A stretch of 64,000 bases of DNA from a virus. Lineage: Duplodnaviria > Heunggongvirae > Uroviricota > Caudoviricetes. Of the stretch, positions 26,819 through 36,662 are shown one piece after another. Under the pieces are notes generated by a model. That model was not told where the DNA came from and searched no databases. It saw only the letters and a list, made by a program, of their open reading frames with translations. The position numbers and the translations under genes were made by a program. The stretch lies in IMG/VR virus record IMGVR_UViG_3300049783_001441; one strand, 5' to 3'. How positions within the stretch are numbered: position 1 is the stretch's first letter; the number at the start of each line of letters is the position of its first letter.

Positions 26819-27514
26819 TTACGGGGCCATGGTTGCGCGCACCGCCGCTTTCGTGGCTTCGTGTGCCTGAACTGTCCAGTGCGCCAAGAGGTAGAGAGAG
26901 GCGTCCACGGGTGGGTTGACTGGCTCGCGCATCACCGTGCGCTCCCCAACCCAGCGCGGCACCGTGCGCCCGCCGCCCCCGAGGGGCCGGGGGTAACTGG
27001 CGCGCAACCCGTCCGCGCCCACGGACACTAGCAACCCTCTGGGGCCTGCAATGGTCAAGCGCTCCGGCTCGGACCCGGTCAGGCGGACGTACTGCGGTGG
27101 TAGCGCAGGCAGCACCGGGCGCATGGACCCGGCGAACAGGCGGTAAGTCTCCGCGTCGTCTTCGTTGCCGGCTTCAGCCTGCTCGCTTGCAACGCCCTCC
27201 AGCAGTGCCCGTGCAGAGTCGAGCATGGTGGCCTCAACGAACACCGGAACCCAGCCGGAGTAGGCTTCGCGGGGCTGGTCGATGTCGGCAAGCGTGCGGG
27301 CCATTCGGGCAGACGCAGCGAGTAGCGGGGCGGTGCCGGTAGCGTCGTCTAGCTCCTCGGTCACGGTGAACTTGCCGTGCTCGCCACGGTACTCGACGCT
27401 GGTGTAATCGACCCCCGCGCCGGTGCACTGCATAGCGAACCGGGGGTTACCCGCTTCAGTGAGCAGGGCGGCGGCTTCTGCGGGGGTCACTGGCTCGTAC
27501 TTGTACCCACTCAT
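26819..27514 (-). CDS. hypothetical protein
   Basis: 231 aa; 4-nt overlap with the upstream gene. Confidence 0.45.
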   Translation of the reverse strand: MSGYKYEPVTPAEAAALLTEAGNPRFAMQCTGAGVDYTSVEYRGEHGKFTVTEELDDATGTAPLLAASARMARTLADIDQPREAYSGWVPVFVEATMLDSARALLEGVASEQAEAGNEDDAETYRLFAGSMRPVLPALPPQYVRLTGSEPERLTIAGPRGLLVSVGADGLRASYPRPLGGGGRTVPRWVGERTVMREPVNPPVDASLYLLAHWTVQAHEATKAAVRATMAP

Positions 27515-28014
27515 TCTTCACTGCCCGCAATGCTCGCGGCCCACTCAAAGGCGCTGGTCAGACTGACGGCCCGGCCTGTAGGTCCGGCATGGTCCACCCG
27601 GAACAGGCTCGCGCTGTCTACGCCTCCCCGGACTTCGTAGATCGCCCAGCTTTGCTCGGTGTACGTGCAACCACGGCCCGCCATAATCCGCGCACCGGGT
27701 AACCTTACCTGCACCAGCTCAAACCACTGCGTTTCGAGCATGGCCAGGGTCGCGGGGTCGTTGAGCACGGGCACGAGTCGCGCCGCCACCGCTTCGGTGT
27801 CGCCGTCCAAACGGCACAAGGGCGCGTCTCCGCCGATAGCGACATACGGCCCTTCAGTGACCGTCCGCACTCGCGGTATTGGCCCCTTCGAGTAAGTAAC
27901 TTGCATACGGGCTTCGATGATCCCGCCGTTACGCATTACGCTTTCGCCGCGTGCTATCGCAGCTTGAATCGGTATCAGTGCCCGTAAGGCGTCGGCTAGT
28001 GATCCTGCACTCAT
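27511..28014 (-). CDS. hypothetical protein
   Basis: 167 aa; operon overlap. Confidence 0.45.
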   Translation of the reverse strand: MSAGSLADALRALIPIQAAIARGESVMRNGGIIEARMQVTYSKGPIPRVRTVTEGPYVAIGGDAPLCRLDGDTEAVAARLVPVLNDPATLAMLETQWFELVQVRLPGARIMAGRGCTYTEQSWAIYEVRGGVDSASLFRVDHAGPTGRAVSLTSAFEWAASIAGSEE

Positions 28015-29102
28015 GGCGTGGCATCCTCGGGGTTTGTTGGGGTGGCGGGCTCGGTAGCCGCGGCGTCCAGGGCGTCACCGAGCAGCTTGCGGGCTTCAGT
28101 CACGCGGTCGTGGCTCGCGGTGGCCTGCCCTTGGAGGAGCTTAGCCGCTGCTTCGTAGAAGCTTGTGAAGCCGTCACGCTCGGCTGGGCCATGCAACCCA
28201 CCTTCGAGCCCGCCGTCGCCCAGCATCGCCGCGTGGGCGTCGTAGGCGGTTTGCGCCTCTGCGTCGGTGGCGCCTTCCGGGTAACCGGTAACCTGCCAGA
28301 GTCGAGCAGCGGTTGCCGGGCGTCGGCTGCTGACCGAGACCCCTAGCACTAGCTCCGCGGCCTTTGCAGCGGCTATCAACTCAACGACCGCCGGGTGTGC
28401 AAGTGCGGCTTTGCGCGCTGCAATGGCCTGGTGCGCGTCCCGGACTTCGCGAACCCCTTCGTACCATTGCTCGGTCGCACGGGAGGTTCGCGGGTAGAGC
28501 GGCTGGCGCCCTTTGGCGGACAGGGCAGCGGCCCGCCCTTCAGCGCGGTAGCGCTCGGGGTCCACCGTGTAGCAAGGGGCGTCCGGGCGAAGGGTTAGCT
28601 CCACCTGCAACTCGCTTAGCTTGGGCGGGGTGGTGTCCTCTTCGTCGCCTTGCTCGCCGCAGCGGTCGCACTCATAGTCCGTGTCCACGTCGTCTTCGGT
28701 GACTGGCCAGCCTCGGAACACGTAGCGAGTCTCGTCGCAGCCATGGCCCTCGCCATGGCAACCCCAGTACAGGTAGACCCCGTTGGCGTTGTACAGGTCG
28801 GTCGGGCCGTCGCCAATCATGGTCACCATGACTTCGTTGAGACGGGCAACGCACTCGGCCTTGCCCCAAACACCACCGGGAATCCCGCGCTGGTTGGCCG
28901 ACCACAGGTCGTGCGCGGACACGGTGTCGTGGGTGGAGTAACCTCGGTCGATGTCCCGTTGTAGGTGCGCACGGGTCGCTTCGATAATCCACTCCTTGGT
29001 AAGTGGGGTCGCAGCGAGGGTTTCGAGGTGCGCGGCGCGTTCGGCGCGAGCGGCTTTGCGTGCGGCCACAGCGGCGGGTTGCAGGGCTTCTAGGTGAGTC
29101 AT
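28011..29102 (-). CDS. hypothetical protein with central Cys/His cluster
   Basis: 363 aa; WGCHGEGHGCDETRY...YECDRCGEQGDEED. Confidence 0.45.
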   Translation of the reverse strand: MTHLEALQPAAVAARKAARAERAAHLETLAATPLTKEWIIEATRAHLQRDIDRGYSTHDTVSAHDLWSANQRGIPGGVWGKAECVARLNEVMVTMIGDGPTDLYNANGVYLYWGCHGEGHGCDETRYVFRGWPVTEDDVDTDYECDRCGEQGDEEDTTPPKLSELQVELTLRPDAPCYTVDPERYRAEGRAAALSAKGRQPLYPRTSRATEQWYEGVREVRDAHQAIAARKAALAHPAVVELIAAAKAAELVLGVSVSSRRPATAARLWQVTGYPEGATDAEAQTAYDAHAAMLGDGGLEGGLHGPAERDGFTSFYEAAAKLLQGQATASHDRVTEARKLLGDALDAAATEPATPTNPEDATP

Positions 29103-29749
29103 TACGGGGTGTCCTCGGTGGTGGGTGGGCTGGGCTCGGTAGTCACGGCGTCAAAGGCCCAGCCTTCGGGTAGCTCATAGTCGTCGGGGGCACGCTCGAC
29201 GGACGCACTCCACTGGTCTGCGGGGTCGATCTCGTAGGCCGCTGTGAGCACGCGGTAAGGGGTGCCGTCGCCCAGTGCAAGAATGTCACCGACCCGCACG
29301 CCCAACCCGAAACCGTGAACCATGCCGGTTGTGCCGGCCTCGCCAGCCGCCACAAAGAAGCACGAGTGCGCCCAGTTGCCCCTGCGCTTGCGGTAGTCGT
29401 GGACGCGCGGGGTGCTCGCTGGGGCTGGTTGGTTTTCGGCTTGCGGGGCTGGCGCCGTGGCGCGCATGTTCGTAGTGACCAACCCAGCGCCCGTCCGCAC
29501 TGCGCAACGGAGAAGTTCGGCAGCGACGAGAATCGGCGTCAGTGGGCCGGGTGGTAGCTCTAACTCGCCACGGGTTCCGGGTTGTGGGTACACGAGCACC
29601 CGGTAGTGCTCATCGTCGCGGCGCAAGACGCGGACCTTGAGGTCCGGCGACTCGGCTCGCCACGTGTGCCCCGGAATCCGCGACAGGTGCCAAGTCCAGT
29701 CGTCGGGTAGCTCGCTCGGGCGCTCAATCACAGGCTTCGGGTATTTCAT
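29102..29749 (-). CDS. hypothetical protein
   Basis: 215 aa. Confidence 0.45.
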   Translation of the reverse strand: MKYPKPVIERPSELPDDWTWHLSRIPGHTWRAESPDLKVRVLRRDDEHYRVLVYPQPGTRGELELPPGPLTPILVAAELLRCAVRTGAGLVTTNMRATAPAPQAENQPAPASTPRVHDYRKRRGNWAHSCFFVAAGEAGTTGMVHGFGLGVRVGDILALGDGTPYRVLTAAYEIDPADQWSASVERAPDDYELPEGWAFDAVTTEPSPPTTEDTP

Positions 29750-29879
29750 GGCTGTCCTCCATGTTGGGTGTGAATGAAGCCTAACGGGGCCGGGGCGGGG
29801 GGGCTACACAACTAGGCATAAACTAGGCATAAACTAGGCGCTGGCTGTGGTGCGCCCCCCCGAACTGCCGGCGTCTGTG

Positions 29880-30392
29880 CTAGCGTTTCGTCAGATCGCC
29901 GGGCATCAACAAACGCCCTGCACCGCCCTCTACACTGACCACGGCGTAGCCGCCCCAGTCACCGGTCAGACCTGGTGCTTTGCCGGCTCTGGCAAGTTGC
30001 CCGACCCGGTCCCAGCCATCCGGGCCATAGTAAAACCCGTTGCCCAGGTACCTGCACGGTAGCTTGAGGTCGGCTTCGGCGTACCACTTGCCACCCTCTT
30101 TGTAGTAGTCGATGTGGACGTTGGCGTCGGCCATGGTGTCGACTTCGGGTTCGGTGTCTGGCACGAGGGTTGCGGTTCCGGGCGTTTCGGCGGGCTGGTC
30201 GGGCTTGTTACACCCTGGGCGTCTCGCCGTGTTTTTCTGCCACTTCTTGAGCCAAGACATGCTGCGGTGCGTCCCTCTTCCTTCTCTGCCGCCATCGAAT
30301 ACGGTCACGAACTTCTTTCCGCTGCTACCGGACTGCCAGACTGTGTACTCATTGCCGTCAATGACGCCGCGCTCTACAGTTTCGCCACTCAT
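29880..30392 (-). CDS. hypothetical protein
   Basis: start MSGETVERG at 30392 (ATGA with the upstream zinc-ribbon gene); the track ORF extends to 30506. Confidence 0.4.
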   Translation of the reverse strand: MSGETVERGVIDGNEYTVWQSGSSGKKFVTVFDGGREGRGTHRSMSWLKKWQKNTARRPGCNKPDQPAETPGTATLVPDTEPEVDTMADANVHIDYYKEGGKWYAEADLKLPCRYLGNGFYYGPDGWDRVGQLARAGKAPGLTGDWGGYAVVSVEGGAGRLLMPGDLTKR

Positions 30393-30622
30393 CTCCGTCT
30401 CCTCATCTTGTGCCGACTCGCAGCGGATCCTGTGCAATACTTGCCGTGGCCCACGGCGCCGCATTCGGGGCAGGTCTTGCCTGCGTTCCGACCCGTACCC
30501 GCCCATAACTCTTCCAAGGCCCCCGGAAACGGCATGTCAACCACCTCCCCATCTTCCCGCCGCAGTCTCGGCGGCTCACATGCGGAGGCCATTGCCATTG
30601 CGTACAGCATCGCGATATTCAT
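30389..30622 (-). CDS. small zinc-ribbon protein
   Basis: CEPPRL...CPECGAVGHGKYC. Confidence 0.4.
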   Translation of the reverse strand: MNIAMLYAMAMASACEPPRLRREDGEVVDMPFPGALEELWAGTGRNAGKTCPECGAVGHGKYCTGSAASRHKMRRRR

Positions 30623-31476
30623 TCGGTCACCTCGTAGGCGATGAGGTCGCCAGCATCACCGTATTGCGCCCACTCTTCGGAGTCTTTCACCGTCCCGATT
30701 GGGACGGACACACCATTTGGCCGGTGGGCGTAGCCTTTCGCATCTTCGTCCACAGGACACTCCCCGCCATGCCAAGCCACAACGCCGTTAGGGTCTCGGC
30801 CTGCTTTGGCGGCGGTAACTTCTGGGCCGGTCGCTGGTGTCCAGAGGGTTCCGCGTAGGGCGTAGTGGCCGGGTACCCACCCCGCCTCCATGCTGTTGAC
30901 GGTGATGTCTCCGTCCTTCCAAATGACCATGCCGTAAGGGTTTGCGGACGACACAACAAGCGCCTCATACACACACAGCATCCGCTTCCGGCGGTAGTGG
31001 GTGACGAAACCCCATGGGTCGTCGGGCGTCCCTTGTATAGTCCACCGCTCTTCGGATCTTTGACCCAGCGCCTCCCCAGCCCCAAACTCAACCCCATCAG
31101 GTCGCTCACCCTCCTTCGCCAGTTTGGCCCAAGGCCCCCACTCTTCGGGCTCTGCGGCGGGCTTAGGCTGACGCTTGACCCACCCGGCGCGCTCGTAGTG
31201 GTCGTATTGGCCTTCACCGCGTGCCGAGACCATTCGGAGAAGCGCGGAGAATCCAGGCGGCAGGGCCATCCCGTTCCTACATGATGCCGAACCCTCGGAC
31301 ACATGCACCACGTTTATGAGTTTGTCCGGGTCGCAGTATTCTAAGGCGGCGAGGTCTCCGTCTGTGATTTCCATGTAGGATGGCAGGAAGAACTTCGACT
31401 CTGCGGCCTGCTTGCCGTAGTCCAACAGGAATTTGTTGAGCCGCCGCGCCGTCTCTGGCGGTAGTTCATTTGGCAT
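30619..31476 (-). CDS. hypothetical protein
   Basis: 285 aa. Confidence 0.45.
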   Translation of the reverse strand: MPNELPPETARRLNKFLLDYGKQAAESKFFLPSYMEITDGDLAALEYCDPDKLINVVHVSEGSASCRNGMALPPGFSALLRMVSARGEGQYDHYERAGWVKRQPKPAAEPEEWGPWAKLAKEGERPDGVEFGAGEALGQRSEERWTIQGTPDDPWGFVTHYRRKRMLCVYEALVVSSANPYGMVIWKDGDITVNSMEAGWVPGHYALRGTLWTPATGPEVTAAKAGRDPNGVVAWHGGECPVDEDAKGYAHRPNGVSVPIGTVKDSEEWAQYGDAGDLIAYEVTE

Positions 31477-31561
31477 TGTCGTCTCCGAATACGTGGCGCA
31501 TGATAGCGGCCAACGCCTGTTGTGGTTGCTCGTTGGGGATGTAGACCAGTACGGGCATGGG

Positions 31562-32359
31562 TTACTCCGTACCGAGTAGCAGTTCTAGCCCGCCATCACC
31601 AGCCGCAACGCCGGACAACTCGCCGTCCCACTTGTCAATGGCGCGGAGTCGCAGCGTGCGGTCTGTTACCGTGTCGGCCAGCAGCGTTTGGGCGGCAGCT
31701 TCGGCGGTCGCTACAGCCAGCAACGCGGCGGCCTCTCCGCCTGCGGTAGCCGCGGCTTGTAGCGCCTCGGTCTTGATGCGCGCTAAGTCGTTCAACGCTT
31801 CAGCAGCGGCTTGTTCGGCGATTTGCTTGGCTTCGATGGCGTGCTGGAAGTCTTCGTCGTAACGGAAATCCGTCAAAGACACCTCGCCAAGCTCAATCCA
31901 GCTGCGGTTGAGAACGGGCTCAAGCGCGGTCTGGATGGCATCCTTGACTTCCGCGCGCTTCGTGACCAACTCTTCGGCGGTATACTGCGCGGTAGCGGCC
32001 TTCACGGACTCGTTGAGAGCCGGCTGAATGACCACGTCGTTGAGCGCTTCCATCGTGCCGATGGTCTGGTAGATGTCGCGGACGTGGTCGCCGTCGAGTC
32101 GGTACGAAAGCACCACCTCGGAGGTAACCACCTGCATATCCTTGGAGGAGGCGACGGCGGTGATGGTCATGCGTTGCAAGCGGGTGTCGTACGTGATCAT
32201 GGAGGACATGGGCGACATGCCGTACCAGCCTTCGGTCCAGACTCCATCTTGAGTCTCGGACCACGAGGTCCAGACGCCGACGTAGCCGGGGGTGACTTTA
32301 CTGCATGCGCTGGTGAGGGTAAGTAGGGTGAACAGGGCAAGGGCGACAAGTGATCGCAT
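31562..32359 (-). CDS. SPFH/band-7 (HflC/K-like) domain lipoprotein
   Basis: signal peptide plus lipobox MRSLVALALFTLLTLTSAC; SPFH-like core DMQVVTSEVVLSYRLDGDHVRDIYQTIG...ALNDVVIQP...YTAEELVTKRAEV; Ala-rich coiled-coil tail. Confidence 0.55.
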   Translation of the reverse strand: MRSLVALALFTLLTLTSACSKVTPGYVGVWTSWSETQDGVWTEGWYGMSPMSSMITYDTRLQRMTITAVASSKDMQVVTSEVVLSYRLDGDHVRDIYQTIGTMEALNDVVIQPALNESVKAATAQYTAEELVTKRAEVKDAIQTALEPVLNRSWIELGEVSLTDFRYDEDFQHAIEAKQIAEQAAAEALNDLARIKTEALQAAATAGGEAAALLAVATAEAAAQTLLADTVTDRTLRLRAIDKWDGELSGVAAGDGGLELLLGTE

Positions 32360-32415
32360 AGTTACTCCGAATGGCCATGTGGCCGGGGTTGTTGGGTGAA
32401 GGTTGAGGTTGGAGG

Positions 32416-32970
32416 TTACTCGGAGCGGGGGAGCCAGTCACGGAGTTCGCGCTTGGCGGTCTCCACGGCACCCTGCTCGCCGGGCGTCCCGGTGGGGTTG
32501 TGCAGTCGGTCGATTGCTGCGCGTGTTTTGGCCCACTCGGCCTCACGACCTAGCTGGTAGCTCTGGCCGGTGGTCGGGTGCTCTGGCTCGGGCCCTTGAA
32601 CGTAACCCGCGCTGGGTTCTGACTCCGGCACCGCCGCCCCCTGGCCCCGCTGCGACTCAATGAAGGCGGTCAAGAGTACCACGTCGGGGTCCGGCTGGTT
32701 GGCCGGGTGGACGTGCAGCGCGAGCGGGGCTTGCAGGTAACCGATGGTAGTCCACACCCGGCGCAGCGCCTTCGCGGCCTTGGTTTTGCGGCGCACGTAC
32801 TTGTCCGCGATCCGGCTTTTGATGGTGTCCCCGGCGGCGCGGATACCGTCGTAGAAGCCCACCGATTGCCCCTTCTTGTGGGCGCTGTCGATTGCTCGAT
32901 GCAGGGTTGCGTGCAGTGCGCGCATCTGTTTGGCGTGGCCGGGTGGGGTGTCTTCGTTGTCAGTTGGCAT
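32416..32970 (-). CDS. hypothetical protein
   Basis: 184 aa. Confidence 0.45.
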   Translation of the reverse strand: MPTDNEDTPPGHAKQMRALHATLHRAIDSAHKKGQSVGFYDGIRAAGDTIKSRIADKYVRRKTKAAKALRRVWTTIGYLQAPLALHVHPANQPDPDVVLLTAFIESQRGQGAAVPESEPSAGYVQGPEPEHPTTGQSYQLGREAEWAKTRAAIDRLHNPTGTPGEQGAVETAKRELRDWLPRSE

Positions 32971-33208
32971 CTTCAGTATCCTCGTTGTCGGTGTCGTCTA
33001 GCCCGCGGTCCCAGCGTTGACACACGCCGTAGAAGCCCTCGCCCTTGCCCCTTCGGCAGTCGTGGATCCCCTCGCAGCGGATCCCCGATGCGCGGGCTTG
33101 GTCCGAGTCGGCGTTACAGGGTTTGCCCCGGCTCACCATCGTAACGCCGCTGCCCGGTTGCCCCAACCCCAGGGCAGTCAGGAGATCGTGTAGCTTGCGC
33201 TTACTCAT
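32960..33208 (-). CDS. small Cys-containing hypothetical protein
   Basis: start MSKRKL at 33208; the track ORF extends to 33256. Confidence 0.35.
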   Translation of the reverse strand: MSKRKLHDLLTALGLGQPGSGVTMVSRGKPCNADSDQARASGIRCEGIHDCRRGKGEGFYGVCQRWDRGLDDTDNEDTEDAN

Positions 33209-33641
33209 GGTCGGTGTCCTCCGCGGCGACTGCTGCCGGCTCCAGAGCCCACGCATCGAACAAGGCCCCGTGACTGTCGAGGGGCACCACGACCCGGCGC
33301 TTACCGGCGGTGCCGTCTTGGTTGACGAGGGCCAGCGTTACCTGCCCACCGGGGGCAAACCCGCTGCCGGAGAACGCGACAACCTCTGCGAGTTGGCCAA
33401 ATATATAATCCACATGCGCACCCACACAAGACTTACCCCGTACCCGGTCTCCGACCTTCCAGCCGGTTACCTCCTCGGCCCACGCGGCTTTGGCGGCGCG
33501 GTGAGCGACCGAGGCTTTGTTCAGCGCACGCTTAGCCGCTACGGTCTCCGCTTTGGTGCTTAGCACCGCGAGGTGGGCCGCTGATCGGTATTCGATCTCG
33601 TCTTTAGTGCTCATGGGGTTGTCGCTGTCTCGGTTACTCAT
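33201..33641 (-). CDS. hypothetical protein
   Basis: 146 aa; RBS CCGAGGACACCGACCATGAG. Confidence 0.45.
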   Translation of the reverse strand: MSNRDSDNPMSTKDEIEYRSAAHLAVLSTKAETVAAKRALNKASVAHRAAKAAWAEEVTGWKVGDRVRGKSCVGAHVDYIFGQLAEVVAFSGSGFAPGGQVTLALVNQDGTAGKRRVVVPLDSHGALFDAWALEPAAVAAEDTDHE

Positions 33642-34104
33642 GGTCGGTGTCCTCGGTTGGTGGTAGGTTGGTCAGAACGTGGAGGGTGGCCGCTCTGCAA
33701 CCCCGACCCCAGTAATACACGATAGCCGCGTTCAGTGTGTCTAGCGCGCTCTCGGGTACGTCTAAGAAGCCAGCTAGTGGGGCCGGGCCACCTCCGGGCT
33801 CCGCCAACTGCCAGCCGCCGGGCTCGTTGGACAGTATGCGCCCGGTCGCGAGTTCCCGCAACGCCAAGCGGCTCGCGGGGTCCGTGCGCACCAAGGCGGC
33901 GAAAGCCCAGCCGGCGGGGGGTTTCGGGCGTCTCGTGAGCAGGCGGGCGCTCGGGCTGTACCGGGTGTCGCCCTCGCGGGGTGCGTTGTAAGCGTTGGTC
34001 AGGTTCGCGTTGAGTCGGCGTAGAATTGGCTTCGGCAGGTTGGCCGCGCCGATCGCGACGGCGAGTTCTTCGATCTGGAGAGGAGTCAAGGTGCAGTCGT
34101 ACAT
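33634..34104 (-). CDS. hypothetical protein
   Basis: 156 aa. Confidence 0.45.
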   Translation of the reverse strand: MYDCTLTPLQIEELAVAIGAANLPKPILRRLNANLTNAYNAPREGDTRYSPSARLLTRRPKPPAGWAFAALVRTDPASRLALRELATGRILSNEPGGWQLAEPGGGPAPLAGFLDVPESALDTLNAAIVYYWGRGCRAATLHVLTNLPPTEDTDHE

Positions 34105-34107
34105 GGG

Positions 34108-34779
34108 TTACTCCGCGTCGGGTTTGGGTTCGGGTTCGGCCAACAACGCTGTTACCCGGTGCTGAAGGTAGGCGGTGATAGTGAGATCGTCGCACCACAG
34201 CAGCCCGTCTTGGTTAGGTTGGGTGTCGTCCAGCCCGTTGTCGAAGTCGCCAGCGTCGTAGGTTTCCGCCGCCAGCCACAACACCACGTTCGCAGGCGTG
34301 TTCTCCAAGGGGTAGTCGTTGCACCCGGCGTTACTCTGCACGGTGGACAGGCGGGCGAGCAAGTCCGCGAGCACGGCAAGCTCTGTCGGTGTCAGTGGGG
34401 CGGTCTGGGTCCGGGTCTGCACGGTGGACGCCAACAGCTGCACCGCGAGGGCGCGGTAACGCCCGGTCGGTAGTCCCGGCGGCATGTTCGCGGTGGTGGT
34501 TACTCCGTCCGGGGTGTCGGCGTAGCCGACAACTGCGCCAGAGAGGTAGAACTGCAACCGCGTCCGCCCGCACGGGGACGTAGCGCGGCCCACGTAGCTC
34601 GGGTGGTTGGTGTCGGACCCGTCCCAAGTCCAACCGACTGGGGCCTCGGCGGGGCGCCCGTACAAGGAGGGCTCCACGGGGGCGGCGGTGGCCCGTGCGC
34701 TCGCTAGAGCGGCGGTAGCGGTCCGCGCCCACGCCCAGACAGCTGGCTCCACGTCACGCGAGGTTTCTTGGTTGCTCAT
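34108..34779 (-). CDS. hypothetical protein
   Basis: start MSNQETS at 34779 (ATGA with the upstream gene); the track ORF 34108-35154 is an out-of-frame overlap extension. Confidence 0.45.
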   Translation of the reverse strand: MSNQETSRDVEPAVWAWARTATAALASARATAAPVEPSLYGRPAEAPVGWTWDGSDTNHPSYVGRATSPCGRTRLQFYLSGAVVGYADTPDGVTTTANMPPGLPTGRYRALAVQLLASTVQTRTQTAPLTPTELAVLADLLARLSTVQSNAGCNDYPLENTPANVVLWLAAETYDAGDFDNGLDDTQPNQDGLLWCDDLTITAYLQHRVTALLAEPEPKPDAE

Positions 34780-35567
34780 GGCATGGTCTCCAGGGCTGTC
34801 TTGATTAGAAAGGCGTCCACCCGGTCGGTGAATGCCCTCACGGCCTCTCTGGCCCCCGCTGGGGACGCGCAAGCCGTGGATGTGATGTGCAGGGCGGGTC
34901 CGCGCTTGTCGACGTACAGCACCCAGCCAGCGTCCAAGTCGGCCCAAACCCAGTTCCGGTGACGAAACTGGACGCAGAGTAGCTGGCGACCGAGCGCAGC
35001 CCGAAAGAAACGCCGCGTGTTCGTGGATAGGTCGGGCCACTGCCCGTTGGCTAGGCGCTCGTTCCAGCGGGCCATGCGTAGGTAGACGTTTGACAGCCAC
35101 GCTTGATAGCGCTCGGCTTCTCCCGGTGCGTGCTCCGGGTGCAGGAGCAGCCACGAGTACGCCTGACTCACGCTGTGATGGTCGATGGTGGTCTCGGCAG
35201 TCTCGGTGATCTCGGTCTCGGTGATCTCGGTCACTCCGTGGGCTTGAGCTGCGACCTTAGCGGCGAGTCGGGCTCTGCTCACCCGCCCAGCGTGCGCCAA
35301 AACGGCCCGATGAGCGCGAGCGGCGGTGTTCGCGGCGGTGTTCGCAGCGGCTTTCACGGCCTTCGCACTGGTTATTTCGGCTTCATCCGGTGGCGTTCGC
35401 CGGCTTGCCACGTTCAGCGCCCTTGTAGCGCGAGCCAGTGCAGCGTTTGCCGCTCGCCGGATGTCCACGGCTGTCTGCCGTGCCGCGAGATCAGCCTCGG
35501 AGGCCACAAAAGCCGCCTCGGACTCAAGGCCCAGTCCATTTAGGGGCCTTCCGACTGTCTTTATCAT
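34776..35567 (-). CDS. hypothetical protein; first gene of the leftward operon
   Basis: start MIKTVGRP at 35567 with AGGAGG RBS; contains a TEITETEITET repeat. Confidence 0.45.
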   Translation of the reverse strand: MIKTVGRPLNGLGLESEAAFVASEADLAARQTAVDIRRAANAALARATRALNVASRRTPPDEAEITSAKAVKAAANTAANTAARAHRAVLAHAGRVSRARLAAKVAAQAHGVTEITETEITETAETTIDHHSVSQAYSWLLLHPEHAPGEAERYQAWLSNVYLRMARWNERLANGQWPDLSTNTRRFFRAALGRQLLCVQFRHRNWVWADLDAGWVLYVDKRGPALHITSTACASPAGAREAVRAFTDRVDAFLIKTALETMP

Positions 35568-36011
35568 GGTGTCCTCCTCTGATTGTGCCTGAACCCTAAG
35601 CCACTGCTTTGGGGCTGTCAACACAAAGTGGTTTTTAGCGTCTAAAACTGGCGTTTTCAAGTGTCACAACCCGTCGTGGAAACTGAACCTACCCCGGTAA
35701 TCGGCGTTTGCCCGTGGAAAAGTGTTGGCATGTCAAGAGTTTTCGTCTGCCCTCAAGTTGAGGCAATCGCCGTTGTTGCCCTGGGGCCCTCACCCGCAAC
35801 TTGCGCAGCTCACCCCGGCTCTTTCTCCCGTTTAGCCTCTTTCCCTGCTCCGGCTCGACCCGGCTTTGGGCTCGATTTCGGGTCAATTTCGGCCCCTAGC
35901 CTCATGCGCACGAACATCGTTCAGATCGTGTCCGTGTACGGAAAGTCGCCAATGCACGAAAAGGTTGGGGGTTTATAGATGTGATAGAGAGAGAGTTGTA
36001 AAGTCTATGTA

Positions 36012-36029
36012 TAGTATAGACTACTATAC
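36012..36029. repeat. AT-rich palindrome AGTATAG-ACTA-CTATACT
   Basis: 7-bp inverted arms with 4-bp spacer inside the AT-rich stretch 35960-36030. Confidence 0.5.
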
Positions 36030-36048
36030 TGCTCACACTGCCTAGCCT

Positions 36049-36130
36049 GTGAAAGTTAGTGGTTGCTTCCGCGATACCATGCGACTAGTAAAAAGCGTCG
36101 TTTTCGGCGAAAAAAAGCACTAACTTTCAC
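36049..36130. promoter_or_regulatory. 13-bp inverted repeat GTGAAAGTTAGTG ... CACTAACTTTCAC (56-bp spacer), operator-like
   Basis: perfect 13-bp arms at 36049-36061 and 36118-36130; further half-site copies AACTTTCA at 36145 and TAACTTTCAC at 36472-36481. Confidence 0.5.
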
Positions 36131-36176
36131 AAGGGGGTCGTTGAACTTTCATAACCGTACCCTCCGTGAGTACTTT

Positions 36177-36662
36177 GACCGGCTGATAATGCGTGTAATT
36201 CAGCCCGTGTACGGAAATGCTGGGAGCACACACAAGCGTATCTCACGGTGGAAACTCCCGTATTGCTGAAAAGGTTACATTTCTGACATTTCCGTACACG
36301 GAATCCCAGATATATTGAAGACCCCCCTCCCAGACACAATCGGCGTGTTTTGGCCCAAAGCCCCCAAATGACCCCGTTGGCGTTCAAACTGGCATACGGA
36401 CAAAACGGACAGAAAATGGTCGTTTCAAAACTAGCCACAAGTGGTCGCGGAGTGGCTCACTTACCGGTTTTTAACTTTCACGGCAAAACACCCACTTCGG
36501 CGCATAGGCGGGCTTCATGGCTAGCTTTCAGCGAAAATGTAAGTGCGTTAAAACGCCAAAACCCTAGTAGCCAGGGGCTTATCGCCGAATCAGGCTCTCC
36601 AACCTCGCCATTACCCTGCTTTGCCCTGCATAGTGCCCGCAAAAGTCGACCGGCTGATAATG
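36177..36662. repeat. 15-bp direct repeat GACCGGCTGATAATG (36177-36191 and 36648-36662), contains a GATAAT -10-like hexamer
   Basis: exact 15-mer twice, 471 bp apart. Confidence 0.5.

Larger units (their letters stand above)
35932..36301. repeat. three copies of the 13-mer CCGTGTACGGAAA (35932-35944 and 36205-36217 direct; 36289-36301 inverted)
   Basis: exact 13-mer matches read directly from the sequence. Confidence 0.55.

Noticed and set aside
34108-35154. 348-aa track ORF overlapping 34776-35660 by ~380 nt
   Set aside because: The overlap is implausible. An internal ATG at 34779 forms a standard ATGA junction with the upstream gene, so the gene is 34108-34779
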